Origin: Takakia lepidozioides
Taxonomy: Eukaryota; Plantae; Bryophyta
Assembly (NCBI GenBank): GCA_030704615.1
Contig: JAKLZA010000219.1
Coordinates: forward strand, 1-11,000
DNA length: 11,000 bases
Reading direction: 5' to 3'
The notes under the pieces are model-generated. The model searched no databases. It worked only from the letters and a program-made list of their open reading frames with translations, and was not told where the DNA came from. The translations under genes and the position numbers were made by a program. Each line of letters begins with the position of its first letter. Position 1 is the stretch's first letter. Below are positions 1-9,540 of the stretch, piece after piece.

Positions 1-2895
1 ACAATCATCTGCGCAGAACCAGAACTTGTGGTTCTTGGCTTCTGGTTGACCGTATGGACGCATCAAGCCCGTGAAAGTCGGAGCAGGAGTTCGGGCACCA
101 CCTCTGGATATAGATGAAGTGCACTTCTCGAAATTAGTTGCCCTGATCGCTGTACATTTCACACGAGACCCGACACTTGTGCGTTCTATGTGCCAAACGT
201 GGTCGGGGCATGCGGACTCAAGCACATCAAGGGGGTTGTTTCTCTCCTGCACCATTTTAGTGGCACGGTTTGATGCTGGAGCTTGCCGTCGTGTTGGAGG
301 TTCCTCCACAATGGAGGTTCCGGACATGGAGCTGTCATGCAGGGGAACACGAGGCTTCGAGAAGTTATCACGGTCTGCCCTGTGGGAATCTGAATCCGAA
401 CCAGGTGGAGTGTTCAATTTCCTCTTACAAGAGCCGAATCTCTCCTCCCCTTCAAGATGTGGAACTCTAGAAACAAGTGGCGTTCCCTGGGCATACATGC
501 TCACCGCCCGTGCTATCTTGATTGGATCCCCAGATCTGTTTGCAGCACGCAACATCAACTCCCATTTGTCCGGACCCTTGCCACCAACCCCACCTCGTAA
601 GAAATCACGGTATCGGGTTTGTTGTTGCAAGGCACGTATCAAATCATCTGTTGTTGCCACATACAAATCCCGACCTCGTTTCCCAGACTGCTGCAACCAT
701 GCATTGTGCACAGTTTCTGCCAAATTGCAAGATGGCATGTCCACCATTTCCTCAATGGACATGTTCTGCAAAGAGGATAACCACACTTTAGAATAGTGCA
801 CAGGAAACAACATAAAGAAAGCAATGAGTCAAAAATATGGAAAGCAAATGTATGAATAAAGCATGAAATAGAAGCCTCGTACCATTGTCATGGCTGCTCC
901 CCACTGTCTATACCGGAAGTGCCAAAACGCCAGCCAATCTTCCAATGCTCTCATACTCTCAAGTGATGCAGCTCCAGAAGAGAACCACCAGGCACGAATT
1001 GTCTGGAACAAAGTGTCCGCCTCCTTCATTGTTCTAGCATCTTTGTACTCTTTGCACAATTTACGGTGCTGAGTCTGCATCTCTGGTTTGATGTCCGACT
1101 TTGTATGTTTTTCCAGAGATTGTGTCCAATGGAATAGACATGTACGCTCTCTTCCTGGCATAGGCACTTTTGGGTCGCCCGATCCGAAGACAATACGAAT
1201 AGCATTGAAATTTGCTTGAGCACTATCCGCCATGAAACCTGCGAAATTTGGAGATGGCAGCCCATGGCAGCCCATGACACGTATCAGGGAATTCCACATG
1301 AGCTTCTGGGATTCCGTATCCTCGGATTGCATGTCACAAACTGCAATTGTCATAACTCGTTGGTACATTGGATCGTAGACATGACAAGCCATTGTCGTCC
1401 AATCCTTCACTCGTTTCACATGATCAAACATAAGAAAACAGTTCTGCAAGTCCCCAGTCTTCTGCATCCGCTTCACGAGGCTAACCCCACTGCCCTCCCC
1501 AACAGTCGACATTTTGAAAAGAAAAACTTTGATGGCACCTTGACCTGGGAATACATTGTCCTGGATGTAATCGTACTTGCTCAGTCGTTTCAATTCCAAA
1601 ATATTGTCTATGTAGCCTCTGATCCCAGAGCCCATTCTCAATGCATTGATCTGATGCCGAATGTTAGGTGAACTTAAAGTGGAGAAATGATCCATGACCA
1701 GGTCCAATGCTGCACCGTCAAGTTTAGTCCCCACAGAATCTCCTTCACTCAAAATATGGCTTTCCAAGAAGGACTTGCTTGCGCCAAGAGCAATTGCAGA
1801 TGTTGTTGCGGATGGGTTTCTCCCGAACTCCTGTTTGATCAACCTCGATACTGTCTCAACACTCTCCCTGTAATCCCCCTTCGAGACAGGATGGTTATGG
1901 AATCCAAAATGCACACAAGCTCTCGTCATTGTATTCAAACGGTGGACAACATAGTACATTCTTGCTCCGCAGAGCGCCAAGCAGGATGGCACAAGTTTGC
2001 AGAATTTGCAGACGAAAGTGTTTGCCGGTGGAGGGGCAGTCCCATGCTGAAATGGATTCTCCGCCAGACCCTCCCATTCGCTTTGATTATGAACACCAGA
2101 CTGAAGAAAGTGTCTGCAATTCAAATTATCACACCTAAGGTGTCCATTGCAAACTGTCCTCCTGAAAACAAGCTTGTCATCATTCTGAATATTGGATGTT
2201 TTTGTTCTGCACCACGGGTGCCCGTCGTGTTTCTTGTCCATTCCATGCATCATGATTGTTACACCTCCAACTCGCGGAGGAGGAGGCAGCTCGAATAGGA
2301 TATCGCCATCAAAAGTCTCCGGCAAGAACTTCACAGGCACCTGCTTCAAAGATTCCCAATCAATTCCCCGCAACTCACTTTTGAATCCAGCCATTCCTCC
2401 CATCGCCCGCAATTTTGGAATGACACTACAAATCTCTTCTTCATCAGCTTCTGCAACCACAGTAGGAAGGACTGGATTTGGAATTTCACTTATGTCATCA
2501 TCGGAAGAATCCGAAAGCTCAACGATTGGAGTGGAGGAAGTCTGTTCTTTTTTCACCACCACCTCCCTCTTGTCTTCAACGACCGAAGCAGCAGTCCCGG
2601 GCGTCACATATGACCCAAGGGACTTTCGCCGAGGCTCTCCAAGTACTCTGTATCGACCAGGACGCACTCTCCACTGGCTGATATGAGCCGTCTCATCACG
2701 GTTTTGGAAAGAATATTTCACCAACTTCCCTTTCAGATCGTAAACCTCTTTCTCCAAAAAGATGGAGCCATTCTGCAGCTGAAAACGGGTAGCCAAGACA
2801 TGTTCCAGAACAATTGCAAATCCATTGTCAAGGACTTCCTGGGAGAACGGCACTGGTTTGTCGTCTGAGAAGAACTCCGCTTCAGAGGAAGCCAT
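1..2895 (-). CDS. Mutator-like (MULE) DDE transposase with a WRKY/GCM-type Zn domain; exons 2895-883 and 765-<1 (3' end outside the window, >926 aa)
   Basis: The 688-aa ORF has DGHPW...CNGHLRC...CKFC...C...HNHP (1885-2226), then MFD (1423-1425), FMAD (1225-1227) and CLFH (1129-1140). A phase-0 GT-AG intron at 882-766 (ATG|GTACGA...TTTGCAG|AAC) joins a 255-codon frame that stays open to the edge. That frame contains PSCNLAETVHN (Glu at 715-717), completing the MULE D-D-CxxH-E signature. Confidence 0.88.
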
Positions 2896-3749
2896 CTTCC
2901 TTCCTCGAGTATGTTTGTACCTTGCTATCGCAGATCTAGTGTAAATCGGTTTACTGCTGTCTCCAGAACACAGTTGAAGAATGAGCAGAGCATATGGCGG
3001 AGGAAGCTCAGATAACGACTGTGCATATTCTGTTATTCATTCCAGATATGCAGCCGTCCATTTTAATTACTTTTCTTGTGGGCCCAGTGGTCAGAGAATC
3101 CCTAGGGGCAGTGTCGGCAACTGTTAAACCGTTAATCAGAACCTCATCAATAAACCCAATAACAAAGCCGACTTCCTGGAAGCATGCCACAGGATCTGAG
3201 AATGGGATTGCAGATTAAGTAAATGTATCTATATACTACTACCAATGATCATGCGCACCTGGAAAGTTCCAAATGTGAAACGAATGTGGGGTTTGGATAA
3301 CAAGGATGACCGTGTATGATATTCCAAAATTTGTCATCAAACTCTCGTTCATTTATATTTATTTGTTTAAGACTGCGCATCAATTTCTGGGATTCGCTGT
3401 TCTTTTTAAATATTGAACCCGTTATAATAAAGAACACGCCGTTTTTTTTGGGCGGCACACGTCAGACATCCATAACTGAATACGAACAGCTGTACACCAA
3501 TTGCTGGCATGTGCACTAATAAGGAAACGACTATGTGTAACGGTCACGCGGGAGGGAATCCGATGCTTCTAGAGACACGCAAGAACACAGGCAATCCCGC
3601 AAGAAATCGGGAGTCACTGCGTTTTTCTACTTTTCGCGCTTAGAGGGAGAGTGGTAGTCAAGCTGGAGAGGGTTCCTTCTAGAATACGAAAGAGAAGAAA
3701 GTCTCTTTATTTTACTTCCCTTAGAGAGAGACGCAGAGCAAGAGAGAAA
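2896..3749. promoter_or_regulatory. Divergent intergenic region (probable bidirectional promoter and 5' UTRs)
   Basis: 854 bp lie between the transposase ATG (2895, -) and the inferred ATG of the + gene (3750). A GA-rich leader spans about 3690-3749. No individual promoter element is asserted. Confidence 0.5.
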
Positions 3750-6700
3750 ATGACGAGGCGTCGTTTGTTGGAGAACACAGGGCCAAGGCAGCAGGTGAAC
3801 GCGGAGACTGATTCACAAGAGCAGACGGAGACTGAGGCAGCGGCTGCGACACAGTCGGCGATAAGAGTGCGCCAGCCTGTGGAGGCAGAGATGAATCGCA
3901 GGGACACTGAAGAAGGTGGAAGCACGCGGAACGCCGAACCTGCAGAAGGTCAAGAAACCCTTGCGCAGACAGAAACTCCAGCAGATGTGAGAGGGAAGAG
4001 GAAAGCTGCAGAAGGGGATCAAATTTCAAAACCTAAGAAGGTGCCAGTAAGTTTTATCATATAGTCTGTCTGATTGCCTTTCAAGGAGTCCTTCTTCTTC
4101 CATTCTTTAGCAGGAACTACTGAATCGCGAGCGTCGTTAACGCCATTCGATTCTCCTCATGAGATTTATGTACCTATGTGTTTGAAGAGAGAGTCTGCAC
4201 TTACTATTCTCCCTAAACTACAATGATTGTCGTTGCCGCCAATCAGTTGCACATATATGTCATTACACAACACCGATCCGGCAGGTTGTTATCTTTTGTG
4301 ATTGTCGTTAACGCCGTTCGCTATCGCTCTCGCTTTTGTTTTGAATACGGCAGTCTCGGCTTTGCATGTGTAGATTGTGCTGAATTCTTTCACCATTCAT
4401 GGTGAGTTTCCTTGATACAGAGTGATTGTCGTTACCGCCATTCACTATTTGCAAATCACTTAGTCAGAACTGAATGGCATCGTGCAGAAAACTGTGAGGT
4501 CGAAGCCTACAGGATCAGAGGGGAAAGGATCTGGAGATGGGGACGAGTCCGCAAAAAGCTCAGAGAATACAGATGAAGCAGATGAATCCGAAGTGCACTA
4601 CCTTGACAAGGTGAAAGAACTCATGTCATTCCAGAAGGTAAACTCTCAGGAGGTTATAAGGGACATGCTCGTATCTGGAGGGCGTCTGGACATACCTCTG
4701 TGCCGGATGATATCAATGCCTGTTGTGCGTCCACCTCTTTCCCATGACATAACAAAATTGGAGAGTGATTTTGTGCATGGATATAGACTTGGTGCACAAG
4801 TTTTTTATGTGTCACTGACGGATATAAATGGGAAAAGCACATTAGTTTCTCCAGAGATCAGTGATAACTGGGATGAGTGCTGGAAAGATGCCAATGAGGA
4901 GTTCGAGCTGGGCCTCATGATGGGAAAGAACACCCAGCAATTTTGCAACCACATGTTCTACGTCTGGGACGGCAACCACCGATTGCTGGCATGGATGGGA
5001 TACATTCAGAAACACCATTCGAAAGACAAAGACAAGCATGTTGCTGTGGAGGCAATGGTTTTGGATCCAGGAAACGACATCGCTAGGCTTCTTACAGCTA
5101 TGCACGACGTGAACAAGTAAGTCATCCAGGAGATTTGATTCCCTCTGTAGTGTCTTGTTAATCCTCAAAAAACAGTGTTAAGGAATGCAATGTTTCCAAT
5201 GTTTTTGCAGATCGACAGAGAAATCGCATGTGACAACAAGCTTGGTTCACACACTATTCCGAATTCAGAGGATTGGTCTGATGAAGCTGGATGATTTTCG
5301 GACAGTACTACCACCCAATATCATCAAGAAGTGCGAAACAGGAAGAGCTGCAGGCACTTGGTATTCTTTGACACGAGAGGCGTTTCTGGAGTACATGTAT
5401 GCGGTAAGCCCGAGTCTGTAATCTGTTTACTTTTCGAATACATGTTTAGAGTCCCTTCGGAGCTAATCACTACTTGAATGAATGCAGCAAGAACTGGCAG
5501 AGGCAGCTGAGAAGGGAAAATCCGAATATTACCGCACTACACCAGAGGAACTAAGGACATCAAAGGGTGTGGAAGCTGCAATAAAGAAGGAGTTTGAGAT
5601 GCGAAGAACCAAATTGATGTCAGCCTTCGGAAAGCAGCTTAGAATAGTAGATCCTGGACTTGGTCCTGAGTTCCTTCAGCAGATCAAAACACACTATGAC
5701 AAGCATGTGCATCCGGAGATGCAGCAGGAGAAATTGCACCGGCTGGCCATATCGATGGTCGACCCACAAACAAAAATAAGGTGGCTGGAGATATGGAACT
5801 CAGATCAAACAGTAAAGGACTTGAATCAGTTCCCAAAGAGCACCATACAGCCTGGCACAAAGGTGGAAGGAATCAGTGATTTGGTGTTTGATAACTGGCT
5901 CCACAAGGCTACATTTTGGAGTCAGGTGTGTATTCGAACATGCTGTTTCTTCTCTTCAAGTATGTGATGTGTATCTTTTTTGCAATTCTGACAAATATAC
6001 TATTTGCAGCTCGAAAAGCGCGCCGTCATTGTGCTGGATCAGACTTTGAAGGACCTGAACATTGCGATTGTTTCCCCTCCCCAAATGTCATTGGAGGCAT
6101 ACATAAGGAAGTGGAGAGGTCTCACCTGGAGATACTGTTTTTTCCGGGAGTTCTCCAAAGATGGTAACATTTTACGGTCCAACGACTTTGACAGTCAGGT
6201 TGGAGGAGAGTGGGCCATGATGCGAGTTGTGTACAGGTGCAATGTCATACTTGAAACTCTACTGTTTTTTTGGGAAAAAATGTGGCTTCATATGGATTGC
6301 AATCTTAGATCCAGATTGAATGTCGTTGACGACATTCACTTCTTTGTCTGAGTCATTCTTAAGCGAGTATATGAATTCACCTGGTTAGGATCTAAGGGTG
6401 CAATTATATTGTCCCTGATTAGAATTGATAATGTCCTTGAATGGCGTTGACGACATTCACATACGGAGTTGTTGAGAGGTCCTCAAGGTTATTTAAATTT
6501 TTGTAATGTCCATAGAGGTTACAGTGAGGGTTCCTCACTTCATTTTGCTGAATGTCAATGCAGACATTCAGTTGTTCTGCATTGTTTTTCCTCTTGCGAT
6601 GAATGTGGAGGCTTGATAAGCTCTGTTTTAAGAAATCCAAAGTGAATGTCGTTGACGACATTCACAGCTGTGTCTGTATTATTCAAAAGCGACAAATTCA

Positions 6701-9054
6701 ATTTACATGGATTGGGGAGCTAAGTAATTGGTTTCTTTTTTGTATTTTTGTGAATGGCGTTGACGCCATTCACATACAGTGATGTTGTGAGGTCCTCAGT
6801 GATAGGTTCGTTATGAATGTGCATTGAGTTTTCCTGGATGGTTCCTTACTCAATTTTTTATTTCCATCCTGTGATTTTGCTTCATTTAAGTAATAATTTG
6901 GCTTCATTCTTGAATGTCGTTGACGACATTCACTTCTATGTCTGTGTCATTTCTAATCGATTATTTGCATTCACCTGGATTAGGATGTATTTACAGTGTC
7001 ATGGAATGGAATGTTCTGAATGGCGTTGACGACATTCATATCTGGAGCAGTAGTGTGGTCCTGAAAGGTCCTTGGAGCAGTTGTCAGAGCCATTTCAATC
7101 CATGTTTTATTCTTTCTGTTCTACTTGCATCTTACTCACTGAGCGCTTTTGTGGGTTGGGATTTATCTCCTTTTTTCAGGTACACGAAATATGTGCTTAT
7201 GGAAGGAAATCACCTGAGCGGAATTCCCGACTATCTTGACATGTGGTCGGACCCTGCAAACGATCCAACCATGTATACTGCAGGGATATTGAAGGACTGG
7301 AGTCCTTCTCACTTCAGAGACTGTGGGTGGTACCTTGACTGCCCACCTGAGCACACGACCTTTCAAGAACAGCATATGAAATACTTGAACAATAACGCTG
7401 AGATGCTGGCGCCTTTGACTGACGAAGAGTATCAACGAAACATAGCAACCTTGGCTGCCAAGGAGCCTGATGCTCAGGGAACGCCGCAGAAGGGAAAGAA
7501 GGCGGGCCGCAAACCAAAAGACAAGGCTGTTGATGTCATAGCCATCTCACCAGCAAAGCCAAAGGACAAAGACAAGTCCAAAGAGAAGGAAAAGGACAAG
7601 GGGAAGGAGAATGAAAAGGAGATGGAGAGTGGGCAGGACTTTAGTGCTGGAAGATATACCCGCACTCTTCAGTGCGTGTTCGATGCCAAGCCACACCCTT
7701 CCCGTTCTGATTCAGCAGGAGAGATGAAAATTGTTAATGAGGGTTGGCTTTCGATGATGCAGAGTCGAAAGAGAGGATACACTGGGGTGCCATCCCCTAC
7801 CTGGGACAATATAATCTCATTCCTCAATCTGGTGAGAATTCCAGTTTCTTTCCTTTTCTCTGAAAGTTTCGTTGGCAGTATTTCAGTCTCGTTCTTTGAA
7901 AACATTCTTGCCATCGTTCTTATAAAAAACATGTCTGTTGCAGGTGAGCACAGGTCCCACCTTCGTGTGCGGTGTGCAGAAAAACTTATGCGGCCGACAT
8001 TGTCATTCTCGACATCCCGGATGGCCAGGCTGTGCCAGAAGTTCTTCCAAAGGGCAAGACGCCAGGCTGGAACAAATTCGAGGACAACTACTGGAGTTGG
8101 GTGTTCGGGTTCTGTAACAATTTCCTCTCTGATGCAGGGACACTTCTGCTTTTTCAGTCATGTGACAATGATAGTCGTCGGGCATTGGCATCATACCTCA
8201 AGTCTTCAGGGTTTGAAGTTTTGCGCACATGGAATTGTGTGAACAGCCTCTACCTTGTGAAAGGGGGTTTCCCTGGTCAGCTGGTATGCCGTCTCCCTTC
8301 TGCTTGTGCTTTGATCATGAGTTTCAATTTTCTCTGCAGCTCCACTCTAGTAGAATGTTTTATGATCGACACCGATCATCAACGATTCATGATTTTTTTT
8401 GTGTCAGAGTTCTGAATAGCCGATGTACACACTTCCACTTTAGATTGTGTTTACCACACTAACCTGCTATCTTTGGCAGACGAGGATGTTCGAGGCGATC
8501 TGCCTGCGGAGGATTCGCACATCAAAGACACCATCCTCCATCCGCAGCTTTGAGATTTCTGACCAGGGTTGTTTCGTCAACCCCCCCTATGAGCCCCATG
8601 TCGATGACATTTTGTACAACTTCATGCAGTCCAGTCAGACTCTGAAGAGACCAGATGGCACTCCCTGGAGAGGTGCAAAGGAAAAGTCACCAGCATTCAT
8701 GCAAATACTGCTGGAGTCATGCAGCCACCGCTCTGCACGGGTGGTCGATCTTTCTGTGTCCACAGGTTCGTTTTTTCCCTTCCGAATTGGTTTCCTTTCA
8801 ACAGTTTCATCTGCTTAAATCCCCCCCTCCAAACTGTTCATGTTCTCCTGTCTGGTGCAGGAGCAACTTACCACGCATGCAAGGCAGGCGGAAGAAGCCT
8901 TTTTGGCATGGAGGGTGATTCTGACCTCTACAACACAGTGCTCCTCCCCCTTTTGTCTGGCTCCACTTCAGGCACACAGACTGATCGGATTCAAATTCGA
9001 AATGATGACGATCCCGAAGATAAGCAGGTCGACAACGACTTTTCATGTGAGTAA
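3750..9054 (+). CDS. Multi-exon ParB/Srx-like plus N6A/N4C DNA-methyltransferase-like fusion protein (~1081 aa). Exons: 3750-4046, 4488-5116, 5211-5403, 5488-5925, 6010-6236, 7180-7831, 7954-8283, 8480-8765, 8861-9054. An optional last exon 9126-9279 uses a donor at 9051.
   Basis: Successive + ORFs join through GT-AG introns with matching phases (0,2,0,0,2,0,0,1) into one stop-free frame. Branch-like CTAAT/CTGAC/CTAAC motifs precede several acceptors. The first donor (4041 vs 4047), the 7953 acceptor and the last exon are less certain. Confidence 0.8.
4129..4446. repeat. Four degenerate copies of the 20-bp palindromic motif in intron 1
   Basis: GAGCGTCGTTAACGCCATTC 4129-4148, GATTGTCGTTGCCGCCAATC 4225-4244, GATTGTCGTTAACGCCGTTC 4300-4319, GATTGTCGTTACCGCCATTC 4424-4443. 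Confidence 0.85.
4680..5116 (+). other. ParB/Sulfiredoxin-like N-terminal domain
   Basis: RLDIPLCRM..VRP..ITKLESDF..G..FYVS...FYVWDGNHRLLAW...VEAMVLD...AMHDVN follows the ParB_N pattern (I.l..I..R..L..si..G..I.V..Y.i.DG.HR..A..v.v.V..N). DGNHR is at 4968-4982. Confidence 0.78.
6317..7038. repeat. Seven spaced 22-bp palindromes TGAATG(T/G)CGTTGACG(A/C)CATTCA in intron 5
   Basis: The 20-bp cores start at 6318, 6439, 6550 (variant centre), 6644, 6752, 6912 and 7018. Start-to-start spacing is 121, 111, 94, 108, 160 and 106 bp. Confidence 0.95.
7954..8925 (+). other. Beta-class amino-methyltransferase (N6_N4_Mtase-like) domain across exons 7-9
   Basis: The motifs occur in beta order. ADIVILDIPD is motif IV-like (7993-8022), FLSDAGTLLLF is motif VI-like (cf. 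vLk.gG.l.i), EKSPAFMQILLESCS is motif X-like (cf. .KP..l...li...s), and the spliced VVDLSVSTGATYHACKAGGRSLFGMEGD covers motifs I-II (cf. VLDPF.GSGTT..Aa...gR..iG.E.d). Confidence 0.75.
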
Positions 9055-9540
9055 GTGCTAAACCCTCTTTGGGAGTCATACTCAATTTCTCGATAACATC
9101 AAAGTTACAGTAATAACTTTTTCAGGCTGTCTTTCAGGAAAGCCAGCGGTGGATCTTCAGGAGATACAGTCATTTCTGGCGAGTCTGTTTTCGACAGCCC
9201 CCTTTCCAATTTTCTGCTCCCTGTTTATGCCGAAGCAATGGCACTTCACGCGGCCGAGTCCCTATCCCCTGACTTTTAGTGGCCAGCCGTAGGTGTATCC
9301 AGCGTGGATCCGGTGTTCTAAAATACTTAGACTTAGATGCAGAGGAAGAGGGGATACATTGTACTGACTCTGAGTCAGACTGAACTGTATTCTTTTAATA
9401 TTCATTTTCATATTATCTGGAAAACGTTGAATCCCTTCCTCTACCGTAGTTGTTCCTTTAGAACAAATAATAATCACAGAATCAACTTTCGTTTAAATTG
9501 CTATATGTATGAATCCATCTCACAAACCTTCCTGACTTCT

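Noticed and set aside
71-2686. Plus-strand ORFs of 241, 151, 203 and 164 aa
   Set aside because: These are antisense shadows of the transposase exons and have no recognisable motifs.
3008-3458. Small two-exon minus-strand gene in the intergenic region
   Set aside because: There is no in-frame ATG, and the candidate intron (3258-3196) does not join the two ORFs in phase. At most it is a 5' UTR intron.
6073-6084. IAIVSPPQ as an N4C-MTase SPPY-like motif IV
   Set aside because: It lacks the aromatic residue, is not followed by the other MTase motifs, and lies far from the motif X-I-II block. It is probably coincidental.
6317-7038. CRISPR array
   Set aside because: The spacers are long (about 70-140 bp), variable and homologous to each other in A/B classes. 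The array lies in a spliceosomal intron and no cas genes are present.
6914-8242. 442-aa ORF as a standalone gene
   Set aside because: Only 7180-7831 fits the spliced model. The N-terminal part runs through the repeat intron, and the C-terminal part reads through intron 6 and out of frame with the MTase motifs.
3750-9054. Prokaryotic or phage parB-methylase operon, or contamination
   Set aside because: The coding segments join only through phase-consistent GT-AG introns and are flanked by eukaryotic transposons.
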